DNA of 64,000 nucleotides, taken from an uncultured delta proteobacterium. GTDB lineage: Bacteria > Desulfobacterota > Binatia > UBA9968. Positions 40,776 to 50,189 of this stretch are shown here, in pieces (positions within the stretch are counted from its first letter, which is position 1; each line of letters opens with the position of its first letter). The position numbers were made by a program, and so were the translations under genes. The notes below the pieces were generated by a model. The model did not search any database and was not told the origin of the DNA. It was given only the letters and a program-made list of their open reading frames with translations. Where the stretch lies: contig CAVUZH010000019.1 of assembly GCA_963745835.1 (NCBI GenBank), positions 384,001-448,000 of the forward strand, given 5' to 3'.

Positions 40776-41809
40776 CCTCAGGTGATAAGCAGAAACCGGT
40801 TAGCAGAGAAAACTCGGAGCCCGATGGGATGATTAGAAGCATTGCTATCTGCCTAGTGATCACTGCTGTGCTGCCAGCTGTTTGCCTCGCCGAGGCGCTG
40901 CAGCAGGGGAAACGAGTGTACCGAATCGCGGTTCTGTCACCGGCCACACGGCCGCGGCCGGTCATCGACGCACTTCGACAAAGGTTACGAGAGCTCGGCT
41001 ATACGGAAAATCAAAACGTCGCGTTTGAAGATCGTTACGCCGAGTTTAAAATGGAACGTCTGCCAGAACTGGCTTCCGAGTTGGTCAAGCTCAGGCCCGA
41101 TGTCATCTTTACGCATTCGATGACCGGCGCAAGGGCGGCCAAGCAAGCCACTTCAACCATTCCAATAGTCATTGGAGCGGCCGGTGATCTGGTAACGGAC
41201 GGCATAGTCGCCAGCCTGGCGCGTCCAGGTGGAAACGTCACCGGCGTGACTTTGCTAAGCTCCGAGCTGGAAGGTAAAAGGCTCGAGCTTTTGAAGGAAA
41301 CATCCCGCAAACTCTCTCGCGTGGCGGTTTTAGTGAATGCGGCAAACTCCGCCTGGGAGAATTACCCGCAGGTTCTCGAGCCCGCTGGTCAGGCGCTCAA
41401 GTTGCGTCTCGAGCGCGTTGAAGTCAGGCAATCCGCCGAGTTCGAAGACGCGTTCGCCGCGATGCGTCGCAATGGAGTCGATGGCGTGCTGGTAGTCAGC
41501 GATCCCATGTTTCAAACTTATCAGAATCGCATCGCGGAGTTCGCGGCCAGGCAGCAACTGCCGAGCATTTCAGAAGTGCCGGGGTTCGCGGAGGCCGGCG
41601 GTCTGATCCAGTATGGGCTCAGCATTCACGAGATGGGGCGACAGGCAGCAGTGTATGTCGACAAGATCCTCAAGGGTGCACAGCCGGCGGATCTGCCGGT
41701 CGAGCGGCCGACAAAATTCGAATTCCTCATTAATCTGAAAACAGCTCGACAATTGGGTTTGACCCTGCCCCCGGCTATGCTGGCGCGGGCGGACAAGGTC
41801 ATAAAGTGA
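40772..41809 (+). CDS. ABC_sub_bind SBP, last of array
   Basis: GTGA-coupled, motifs, tail. Confidence 0.94.
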   Translation: MTSGDKQKPVSRENSEPDGMIRSIAICLVITAVLPAVCLAEALQQGKRVYRIAVLSPATRPRPVIDALRQRLRELGYTENQNVAFEDRYAEFKMERLPELASELVKLRPDVIFTHSMTGARAAKQATSTIPIVIGAAGDLVTDGIVASLARPGGNVTGVTLLSSELEGKRLELLKETSRKLSRVAVLVNAANSAWENYPQVLEPAGQALKLRLERVEVRQSAEFEDAFAAMRRNGVDGVLVVSDPMFQTYQNRIAEFAARQQLPSISEVPGFAEAGGLIQYGLSIHEMGRQAAVYVDKILKGAQPADLPVERPTKFEFLINLKTARQLGLTLPPAMLARADKVIK

Positions 41810-41840
41810 TATATCGATACCCACAAGGTGATCAGACGAA

Positions 41841-44243
41841 ATGAAGCTGCGTGATTTGCCCGTGTTGAAAAGCTTTGGCGTGCGTCGCCGGCGCGAACGG
41901 CTGCTGCGCGATTATTTCTTGATTTCCGTGCTGCTGATCGGCGGCGGCTTGATCACCAGCGGCCTGGTCGAGATCTATTTTCGATATCAGGAGAGCCAAG
42001 AGCAGCTCGCTCTGCTGCAGAAGGAAATTGCCGCCGGCGCCGCCTTCAAGATCGAACAGTTCGTTCAGGAGATTCATAACATCTTGAAAGGAGCCACCAA
42101 GAGCCGCGATATCGCGCCGAAAGGTTTGACGCCGGAGTTTCGGTTTGAATTAGAGAAACTCTTGATCATTGCGCCGGCGGTAACTGAGGCGCTTGCGGTC
42201 GACGAAAACGGTACTATCCAAGTGCAAGCATCGCGATTGCGCACGGTTTTACCGGACGCCAAGAAAGACCTCTCCACCTCGCCGTCCTTCCGTCAAGCAA
42301 GGCAGGGCAAATCCTATTTCGGCCAGGTTTATTTCGTTCGCGGATCAGAACCCTATATGACCATCGCCGTGCCCATCGAGCGGTTTGCCGGCGACGTCAT
42401 CGGCGTGCTTCAGGCCGAAGTCAATTTGAAATACATCGGCGACGTTGTTTCCAACATCCGCGTGGGCAAAGCCGGCCACGCTTATACGATCAGTCGAGCC
42501 GGCGAATTAATCGCCCATCCGGATATCAGCCTCGTGCTGCAGCGCCGCAATGTGCTCCACCTGGAACAGGCCAGAGCCGCGTTTCGACCAAACACGCCCG
42601 GTGTCGCGGCGTCCAATGCAATTGTCGCCGCGGATCTGCAAGGCAAAGATGTGCTCAGCTCGTTCGCCTTGATCCCAACTCTCGACTGGGCGGTGGTGCT
42701 CGAGCGGCCGGTCGAGGAGGCCTACGAAGCGCTATATGCTTCGATGATTCGAACCTCGACGCTTTTCATGATCGGTCTCGGCATGGCTCTCATCGCCAGC
42801 CTGTTCTTAGCGCGTCGTGTTATTCGACCGGTGAGAATCCTGCGCCAAGGTGTCGAACGAATCGGCAGCGGCGATCTGGCATATCGGCTCAATCTTAAAA
42901 CCGGCGATGAGATGGAAATATTTGCCGACGAGTTCAACAAGATGACATCTCAGCTGCAAGAGTCCTATGCCAATTTGGAGCAAAAAGTCGAAGCGCGCAC
43001 CAAGGAGCTCACCGAATCGTTGGAGCAACAGACGGCAACGAGCCAGGTTCTGGGCGTTATCAGCAGTTCGCCGAGAGACCTGCAACCGGTATTTGAAACC
43101 ATGCTCGCCAACGCCACACGTTTGGGCAGTTCCGACTACGGCGCGATTTTTAGATTTGATGGAAAGGTCTTCAGCCTAGTTACGGCTCAATATGTTTCGC
43201 CGCATATGACCGTATTGGCTGATCGAACATTTCCGCCGGACCCGACGACCGCAGTCGGCCGCCTTGGGCTGGAGAAGAAGATCGTGCACATTCCTGATGT
43301 TACAGCGGATCCTAAATGGAACCCTCCGGAAGAATACCGCAAGGAGGGCATACGGAGCGTTCTCGCGGTGCCCATGCTCAAGGAAAATAATCTGGTCGGC
43401 GCGATTGTTGTTTACCGCAGAGAAATTCAACCATTCACGGAAAGTCAAATTGCCCTGCTCAAGACTTTCGCCGATCAGGCCGTCATTGCCATCGAGAATG
43501 TTCGTCTCTTTAAAGAGCTCGAAGAAAAGAATGAACAGCTCGAAGCCGCCAACCGGCATAAGTCTCAGTTCCTGGCGAACGTCAGCCATGAGCTGCGCAC
43601 ACCGCTGAACTCGATCATCGGCTTTACCCGGCTCGTGCTGCGAAAGATCGAGGGACAGATCGAAAAGCTGCAGAAAGAAAATCTGCAGAAAGTGCTGGTC
43701 AGCGCGGAACACCTGCTCAAATTGATCAACGGTCTTTTGGATTTGGCCAAGATCGAAGCCGGCCGCATGGAAGTGTATGCCGAAACATTCAAGATCGATG
43801 ACGTAGTCCGGATTGCAACGGCAACGGTCGAGCCGATGCTCAGAAATGGCAACGTGCGCCTCGTTACTGAGATGTCTCCCGAGCTTCCGGCGATCAAAAC
43901 AGACCGAGATAAACTGAAACAAGTCATTCTCAATCTCTTGAGCAACTCGGCTAAATTCACCGAAGCAGGAGAAATCAAAGTAGCCGCGTGGTCGGAGAAC
44001 GGTTCGCTGAAGCTGGCTATTTCCGACACCGGAATCGGCATGAACAAAGACGCCTTGCATTATATCTTCGATGAATTCCGCCAAGTGGACATGTCGACGA
44101 CTAGAAAATACGGCGGAACCGGACTCGGGTTGGCTATCGTCAAACGACTCATTGATTTGCTCGGCGGCGAAATCGGCGTCGAGAGCGAAGTAGGCAAGGG
44201 TTCAAAGTTTACCATCACCCTGCCGCTCAGCCAGAACAACTGA
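41841..44243 (+). CDS. Membrane sensor histidine kinase (TM-dCache-like-TM-HAMP-GAF-HisKA-HATPase)
   Basis: Two TM helices, YFGQVY..PYMTIAVPI Cache-like motif, HAMP (GDL..GDEM..FNKM), GAF (FADQAVIAIEN), H-box HELRTPLNSIIGF, N/G1/F/G2 boxes. Confidence 0.93.
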   Translation: MKLRDLPVLKSFGVRRRRERLLRDYFLISVLLIGGGLITSGLVEIYFRYQESQEQLALLQKEIAAGAAFKIEQFVQEIHNILKGATKSRDIAPKGLTPEFRFELEKLLIIAPAVTEALAVDENGTIQVQASRLRTVLPDAKKDLSTSPSFRQARQGKSYFGQVYFVRGSEPYMTIAVPIERFAGDVIGVLQAEVNLKYIGDVVSNIRVGKAGHAYTISRAGELIAHPDISLVLQRRNVLHLEQARAAFRPNTPGVAASNAIVAADLQGKDVLSSFALIPTLDWAVVLERPVEEAYEALYASMIRTSTLFMIGLGMALIASLFLARRVIRPVRILRQGVERIGSGDLAYRLNLKTGDEMEIFADEFNKMTSQLQESYANLEQKVEARTKELTESLEQQTATSQVLGVISSSPRDLQPVFETMLANATRLGSSDYGAIFRFDGKVFSLVTAQYVSPHMTVLADRTFPPDPTTAVGRLGLEKKIVHIPDVTADPKWNPPEEYRKEGIRSVLAVPMLKENNLVGAIVVYRREIQPFTESQIALLKTFADQAVIAIENVRLFKELEEKNEQLEAANRHKSQFLANVSHELRTPLNSIIGFTRLVLRKIEGQIEKLQKENLQKVLVSAEHLLKLINGLLDLAKIEAGRMEVYAETFKIDDVVRIATATVEPMLRNGNVRLVTEMSPELPAIKTDRDKLKQVILNLLSNSAKFTEAGEIKVAAWSENGSLKLAISDTGIGMNKDALHYIFDEFRQVDMSTTRKYGGTGLGLAIVKRLIDLLGGEIGVESEVGKGSKFTITLPLSQNN

Positions 44244-44350
44244 ACAGCTTCGAGCTTTCGATTGGGAGCCGCAGGGAACAACAACCCCATCGCGAGCTGG
44301 TATGGAAGAATTCACCGCAGTCTAAATTCAGCTCTGCCAGCGAGGATCCT

Positions 44351-44719
44351 ATGGGAAAAAAGAAAAAAATACTTGTAGTCGATGACACTGAATTCAATCG
44401 CGATTTAGTGGTGCAACTGCTTGAAGACGAGTTTGAATTGATTATCGCCGAGGACGGCGCCCAAGGCCTCAAACAAACGCAATCCGAAAGGCCGGACCTC
44501 ATCTTGATGGATCTCGGCATGCCGATCATGGATGGCTGGGAAGCGACGCGCAAAATAAAAGCTAACGATGAGCTAAAGCATATTCCGATTATTGCCGTAA
44601 CATCCCATGCCATGGCGGGCGACGAAGTCGAGGCGCGCAAGGCCGGCTGCGATGATTATCTGCCGAAGCCTATCGATGAAGACGAATTGTTGAAAAAGAT
44701 CAGAAAATTTCTCGATTGA
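44351..44719 (+). CDS. Single-domain response regulator (DivK/CheY-like)
   Basis: VVDD, LILMDLGMPIMDG, IIAVTSHAM, PKPID. Confidence 0.92.
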   Translation: MGKKKKILVVDDTEFNRDLVVQLLEDEFELIIAEDGAQGLKQTQSERPDLILMDLGMPIMDGWEATRKIKANDELKHIPIIAVTSHAMAGDEVEARKAGCDDYLPKPIDEDELLKKIRKFLD

Positions 44720-44784
44720 TGCCTGAGTTGAGCCGAGCAGAAGCAACTCCCGATTAAATCGAAAACTGTAGAAGCGATACGCTC

Positions 44785-45873
44785 ATGACCAACAAAATTC
44801 TGATCGTCGACGACGAGCCATTCAATCTTGATCTGCTCGAGCAAGAGTTACAGGAGCAAGGTTACGAGATCGAAAGAGCCAGCGACGGCGCTGAGGCGCT
44901 CGAAAAACTGCCGGCCTTTGTACCGGATGTCGTGCTCCTCGATTACATGATGCCGAGGATGAACGGGCTGGAGGTTCTGAAGCGGCTTCGAGCCGACGAG
45001 AAATGGCGCAGTCTTCCGGTGATACTTCTCACGGCGAAGGCGGCGCAGGAAGATAAGATCACCGGTCTCGACGCCGGCGCCGACGATTACGTCATCAAGC
45101 CGTTCGATGCATTCGAGCTGTTGGCCAGAGTCCGTTCGATGCTGCGTATAAAAGAGCTGCACGATTCTTTGGAGGACCTGAACAAGACACTGGCTCAAAA
45201 AGTCGAACAACAGGTTGGCGAGATTGAGCGCATGAAGCGCCTGAAGCGATACTTTTCGCCGCAAATCGCCGATACTTTGATCGAGAGCAATGATGAGAGT
45301 TTGTTCAAAACCCACCGGCGCGAAATCACGGTGGTGTTCCTTGACCTGCGCGGCTTTACCGCGTTCTCCGATAGCGCCGAACCGGAAGAGGTGATGGAAT
45401 TGCTGCGAACCTATCACGCCGCAATGGGCAAGCTGGTTTTTAAATACGAAGGCACCCTCGAGCGCTTCGCCGGCGATGGCATCATGATCTTCTTCAATGA
45501 CCCGATAGTGTGCGACGATCATACCGAGCGGGCGATTCGTATGGCCCTCGAGATGCGTAGCCGAAGCACAGAGCTTCGCAGTGGCTGGATGAAGAAAGGT
45601 TACGATCTAGATTTGGGCATCGGCCTGGCCGCCAGCTATGCAACCTTGGGAAACATCGGCTTCGAGGGCCGCATGGATTACGGCGCGGTGGGTAACGTCA
45701 CCAATCTTGCGGCGCGCCTTTGCGACGAGGCCAAGGGCGGGCAGATCCTGACCAATCAGAGAACCTTGAGCAAAGTCGAAGACCTGGTCGAATTCGAAAC
45801 TTGCGAAGAGTTGCATCTCAAGGGCTTTAGCCGGGCCGTCGCTGCTTTCAATATAGTTAAGCTCAAATCGTGA
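44785..45873 (+). CDS. REC domain + class III nucleotidyl (adenylate/guanylate) cyclase
   Basis: N-terminal REC; VFLDLRGFT, FAGDG, GNVTNLAARL. Confidence 0.92.
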   Translation: MTNKILIVDDEPFNLDLLEQELQEQGYEIERASDGAEALEKLPAFVPDVVLLDYMMPRMNGLEVLKRLRADEKWRSLPVILLTAKAAQEDKITGLDAGADDYVIKPFDAFELLARVRSMLRIKELHDSLEDLNKTLAQKVEQQVGEIERMKRLKRYFSPQIADTLIESNDESLFKTHRREITVVFLDLRGFTAFSDSAEPEEVMELLRTYHAAMGKLVFKYEGTLERFAGDGIMIFFNDPIVCDDHTERAIRMALEMRSRSTELRSGWMKKGYDLDLGIGLAASYATLGNIGFEGRMDYGAVGNVTNLAARLCDEAKGGQILTNQRTLSKVEDLVEFETCEELHLKGFSRAVAAFNIVKLKS

Positions 45874-45999
45874 ACGACCAATACCAATCGAGCTCAGCGT
45901 GGAGACTCACTTTAAAAATATCCTTCCGTCCGCTTTCCGTAGCGAGAACTTGACGTTCTTCCCAGCCCGACCCTACAATCCAGCCGTCCGATATCCGCA

Positions 46000-47347
46000 A
46001 TGGCACATAGAATTTTACTCGTCGATGACGAGCCCTTTAACTTAGACCTGCTGGAGCAAGAGTTAGCGGATCAGGGCCATTCGATTGCAACCTGCGCCAG
46101 TGGCGAGGAGGCTCTGGAGAAGTTGCCCGGATTTCAACCCGATTTGATTCTGCTCGACTACATGATGCCCGGGATGAATGGTCTGGAAGTGCTAAAAGAA
46201 ATCCGGCGAAAAGGTCTCGACACTCCGGTGGTCATCATCACCGCCCATGGTACCATCGAGCGGGCGGTAGAGACGATGAAGGAGGGCGCCGAAGATTTTC
46301 TTACCAAGCCGTTCGATCCTGATCATCTCGCTATCGTAGTCAAGAAAGGCGCTGGAGCGGACCCGGCTTCGTGAAGAAGTAGAAATTCTTTCCGAACAGC
46401 TCGACGCTCGCTTTAAGATGGTTCAGGGCAAAAGCCTGTCGATGGCGCGGGCGGTCAGTGAGGCCCAAAAAGCCGCGGTCAGCAAGTCCACGGTTCTGCT
46501 GCTCGGCGAGAGCGGCACCGGCAAGGAAATTTTTGCCAGAGCAATCCACAATTGGAGTCAAAGAAAATCAGCGCCGTTTATACCGATCAATTGCGTAGGC
46601 CTTTCCAAAGATCTTTTGGAAAGCGAGCTGTTCGGTCATGAGAAAGGCGCATTTACCGGCGCGCACCAGTTAAAGAAAGGAAGAGTCGAGCTAGCCGACG
46701 GTGGAACGATTTTTCTTGACGAGGTTGGCGATATCTCCCCGGAGCTTCAAGCCAAGCTTCTGAGGTTTTTACAAGAGCGCGAGTTCGAGCGCGTCGGCGG
46801 AACACACCAGATCAGCGTGGATGTGAGAATCGTTGCGGCAACCAACCGCAATATCGACAAAGCGGTGAGCGATGGCACGTTTCGTGAGGATCTCTATCAT
46901 CGGCTAAACGTCATTCCGATCATCCTCACCCCGCTTCGGGAACGCCGTGAAGACATCTCCGAGCTGGCAGCCCATTTCTTACAGCGATTTTCTATTGAAA
47001 CCAAGAAGCTATTTTCGGGAATCAACGCCGATGCGGACGCAACTCTCATGGCCTACGGTTGGCCCGGGAATGTGCGCGAGTTAGCTAATGTAATCGAGCG
47101 CGCAGTAGTTCTCGGAGACGGTCCCCTTCTGACCATTGACCTGCTGCCGGCGCGCATCGCCGGTCTAAAGCCAACCTATACAACTGCCGAAGCTAAATCC
47201 TATCACGATACAATCAATCATCACCGGCGCGATCTGATCCTGAAGGCGCTGTCTGAGGCCGGTGGCAATCGCGCAGCCGCTGCCAAGGCTCTCGGATTGC
47301 ACAGAACTCATCTACTGAAGCTGATCAAAGCTTTACAGCTCGGCTAG
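46000..47347 (+). pseudogene. NtrC-family sigma54-dependent response regulator with one +1 frameshift (~46346)
   Basis: REC in 46000..46374; AAA+ ([18 protein letters not shown]) and Fis-HTH in 46418..47347; removing one A from aagaaaggcg restores [13 protein letters not shown]. Confidence 0.85.
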
Positions 47348-47699
47348 AGCTTTTTCATTGGCTGAACCGTTCAACTGTCTCTCAGTGTAAAGTTTGGCTG
47401 TATAGCATTCCTGGCTGTGTGCGAAGATCATCCAAGTGATCCGGGGCCATGGCGATTTCCCTGACATTTGGACTGATCTAAGTTTCTAATTCCGCACAGC
47501 GGGTTGGCTGCTCAGTGAGAAAGTGTGCCAAACTTACTGCCTTTTAAAGCGGCAAGTCACATGCGGAGAGCTGAATAAAACATTCTGTTCGTTTCTCAAA
47601 AGAAATAATCTAAGGTGTTCAATTGATATTCAGAAGCGATTTTGTTTTGCCGTGAAATTAAAAAATTCAAAAAATGTTTTCTAAAATGGTATTTTTTTC

Positions 47700-47729
47700 T
47701 TGACATACAACTTATAGCGCCTTTATAAT
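47700..47729 (+). promoter_or_regulatory. Consensus sigma70 promoter
   Basis: TTGACA-N18-TATAAT with AT-rich upstream (UP-like) tract. Confidence 0.85.
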
Positions 47730-47839
47730 CCGGTCAGCTACAAAATATGGGAGGGTTTTTGTTCTACTTCTCTTCGCCTGAGTCACGCTTTAACTCCCCT
47801 CGATACAGCCCGCCCGCCGAATCCTAAAAGGAGGTGCCT

Positions 47840-47893
47840 ATGGCAACTAAGAAAAAAGCGGCAAAGAAAAAAGCCAAGAAGAAAAAGAAGTAA
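47840..47893 (+). CDS. 17-aa Lys/Ala-rich microprotein MATKKKAAKKKAKKKKK
   Basis: AAGGAGGT SD just upstream of ATG; lies between consensus promoter and terminator; below ORF-track size cutoff. Confidence 0.75.
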   Translation: MATKKKAAKKKAKKKKK

Positions 47894-47972
47894 CTGTTTT
47901 TTTGATGTGGGGTTGTGGTGGATAAACCCTCCTAGACTCTCAGGCGGCTAGATAGTCGTTCTGGCTATCTCG

Positions 47973-48015
47973 AAAACAGGCCCTCCGGTGATCGCCGGGG
48001 GGCTTTGTTTTTGTT
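47973..48015 (+). terminator. Intrinsic terminator
   Basis: AAACAGGCCCTCCGG..CCGGGGGGCTTTGTTTTTGTT hairpin plus T tract. Confidence 0.75.
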
Positions 48016-48191
48016 GTATCTCAACCGAATCTCTCCATTCAGAACCAGCCTAGCTGCACCGCATCGATCACTGATCGCGATCATACACCCTAGATATACG
48101 ATGGACGCGCCCGATGGCGCATGCGGAGAACCAGGTTAGGCAGGCAACACAATTCCGGACATTGCGTCGATTCAGCCAGTTCGCTACAGTC

Positions 48192-48761
48192 ATGGCTATG
48201 AATTATCCGTTTCCTAAGCGATCGCTTTTGTTGCTGCTAATCATACCGGCGCTCCTTTCGACGGCTTCAAGCTATGCTTGGGCGCAGAGCAAGATCAATT
48301 ACAAGGTCATTCCGAATTTGGAGGCGATGAAGGATCAAGCGCCGACGCCGGATTTCACTTTGCCGAATCTCGATAGCAAGAAAATCTCGTTGAAAGATTT
48401 TCGCGGCAAATTGGTTTTTTTGAATTTCTGGGCGACATGGTGCGTCCCATGTCGCGAAGAAATGCCGGCCATGGAAAAGCTTTACCAGGAATTTAAAGAA
48501 AAGAACTTCGTGGTTCTGGCAGTCAATGTCAAAGATCGCAAGCAGGACGCAGCAAATTTTGCCAAGGAACTAAAGCTCTCCTATCCTATTGTCATCGATC
48601 CGGATGCTCAGGTAGGACTACTCTACGGCGCCTGGGGATTGCCGACGACCTATTTGATTGGGCCCAAAGGCGAAGGAGTGGCGCGCGCATGGGGACCGGC
48701 GGAATGGTATAGCCCCGCAGCCCGTAACCTCATCAAAGATCTCCTCGATGGAAAAAGATGA
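48192..48761 (+). CDS. TlpA/ResA-family thiol-disulfide oxidoreductase
   Basis: Signal/anchor, APTPDFTL, NFWATWCVPCREEMP, GLPTTY; start approximate. Confidence 0.92.
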   Translation: MAMNYPFPKRSLLLLLIIPALLSTASSYAWAQSKINYKVIPNLEAMKDQAPTPDFTLPNLDSKKISLKDFRGKLVFLNFWATWCVPCREEMPAMEKLYQEFKEKNFVVLAVNVKDRKQDAANFAKELKLSYPIVIDPDAQVGLLYGAWGLPTTYLIGPKGEGVARAWGPAEWYSPAARNLIKDLLDGKR

Positions 48762-49495
48762 GCGATGTTAACGTTTTTGTCGCCTTTGCCGCTGGTATTT
48801 TTTCGTTCCTCTCGCCTTGCGTTCTACCGCTGATTCCGTCGTACCTGTCGTTCATATCCGGCGTATCTCTCGAAGATATGCGCCATGATCAAACACTCAA
48901 ACGAGTCCGCGCGCGCGTCGTGCTCAATTCCGTCGCTTTCATCGCCGGTTTCTCTTTGGTGTTTATTTCCCTGGGCGTATCCGCCAGTTTTCTTGGCAGC
49001 CTGTTTTTCGGCTATCGCAATAGTATTCGAATCGTCGGTGGTCTCTTCATTCTACTGGTCGGACTGTATCTGATCGGTCTTATCAAGATCCCGGCGCTCG
49101 AACGGTATCTACAATTCAATTTACGGGATAAGCCGGCCGGTTACTTAGGTTCTGTCTTGGTCGGCATCACCTTCGCGGTGGCGTGGACGCCCTGCGTCGG
49201 GCCGATTCTCGGCGCCATTCTCGCTTTAGCCGGAACTTCGGGAGAAGTCGGCCGCGGCACTCTACTGCTCTCGACCTATGCCGCGGGCCTTGGTCTGCCT
49301 TTTTTTATGAGCGCGGTGGCCATCAATTCATTTATGCGATTCTCACAATCATTTCGTCGCTATATCCGAGCATTTCATATTGCGGGAGGAATTTTGCTGG
49401 TGATTGTCGGCCTGCTCTTGATAACCGACTACATGACGATGCTGAACATTTATGCGTTGCGTTTCACCCCTGACTGGTTGCTCAAAAGACTTTAG
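48758..49495 (+). CDS. ccdA: Cytochrome c biogenesis protein CcdA
   Basis: SFLSPCVLPL and WTPCVGPILG motifs, multiple TMs. Confidence 0.93.
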   Translation: MSDVNVFVAFAAGIFSFLSPCVLPLIPSYLSFISGVSLEDMRHDQTLKRVRARVVLNSVAFIAGFSLVFISLGVSASFLGSLFFGYRNSIRIVGGLFILLVGLYLIGLIKIPALERYLQFNLRDKPAGYLGSVLVGITFAVAWTPCVGPILGAILALAGTSGEVGRGTLLLSTYAAGLGLPFFMSAVAINSFMRFSQSFRRYIRAFHIAGGILLVIVGLLLITDYMTMLNIYALRFTPDWLLKRL

Positions 49496-49612
49496 CCGCT
49501 GCTCCTTAGAGCTTACCAATATTTGACCTGCTTGTGGCTAAATGTTAGCTTTTTGCGATCATCAAATTGCTTTTCAATCGTCAACCTCGCCAAGCGCCTT
49601 AAGCCGGAAAAC

Positions 49613-50179
49613 ATGGAGACTGACAACAGCATGGAAGAGCAGATTCGATTCATTTTGAAGTCCCTGGGCGAAGATCCGGAGCGTGAAGGGCTGGTCAAAA
49701 CACCACAGCGCGTTGCTCAAGCGCTAACTTTCCTGACCAGAGGTTACGACATGGATCCGGCAAAGGTCATCAACGATGCCCTCTTCACCGAAGACTACCA
49801 AGAGATGATCGTTCAGAAAGATATCGACTTCTTTTCTCTTTGCGAACATCACATGTTGCCGTTTTTCGGCAAAGCACACGTAGCGTACATCCCGCATCAC
49901 AAGATCGTCGGCATCTCCAAACTGGCGCGTTTGGTCGACGTCTATGCGCGCCGCCTGCAAGTTCAGGAACGAATGACCAATCAGATAGCGACGATCATCA
50001 TGGAAAAGCTCGATCCATTGGGAGTCGCAGTAGTGATAGAAGCCGAACATCTATGCATGAGAATGCGTGGCGTGGAAAAGCAAAATTCGATGGTGATCAC
50101 CAGTACGTTGCTTGGCGCTTTTCAAAATCGGCAAGAAACTCGAAACGAGTTTATGACGCTGATTCGGCAACGAGGTTAA
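49613..50179 (+). CDS. folE: GTP cyclohydrolase I
   Basis: [38 protein letters not shown]; start 49613 or 49631. Confidence 0.96.
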   Translation: METDNSMEEQIRFILKSLGEDPEREGLVKTPQRVAQALTFLTRGYDMDPAKVINDALFTEDYQEMIVQKDIDFFSLCEHHMLPFFGKAHVAYIPHHKIVGISKLARLVDVYARRLQVQERMTNQIATIIMEKLDPLGVAVVIEAEHLCMRMRGVEKQNSMVITSTLLGAFQNRQETRNEFMTLIRQRG

Positions 50180-50189
50180 CCGAAGCTCT

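Larger units (their letters stand above)
1..41809 (+). repeat. Tandem array of ~34 ABC_sub_bind-type SBP paralogs (plus fragments and cargo); continues beyond left edge
   Basis: Repeated ~1 kb ORFs sharing GYVEG.N, TIPIVM, DPV..G.VASLARPGGNITG, KRLELLKE, GGLMSYG and the conserved C-terminal tail; all on + strand. Confidence 0.97.

Noticed and set aside
1-41809. Classical integron with attC sites
   Set aside because: No integrase in the window and no consistent RYYYAAC..GTTRRRY boxes seen at junctions; the resemblance is architectural only
1-41809. CRISPR array
   Set aside because: Repeats are coding tails ~1 kb apart, not constant repeats with 30-40 bp spacers; no cas genes
1-41809. Diversity-generating retroelement or shufflon
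   Set aside because: No reverse transcriptase or invertase; no adenine-specific template/variable pair noticed; units are all co-oriented
209-41826. Many recurring antisense ORFs (MITLSARAST.., ..PVMFPPGRARLATNP..)
   Set aside because: Reverse-strand shadows of conserved SBP motifs; they recur only because the SBP DNA recurs
47505-47532. Sigma54 promoter at TTGGCACAC on the minus strand
   Set aside because: No GC at the -12 position
47840-48015. Lysine attenuator leader or type I toxin
   Set aside because: Downstream genes (TlpA-like, ccdA) are unrelated to lysine metabolism, and the peptide lacks the hydrophobic helix of type I toxins
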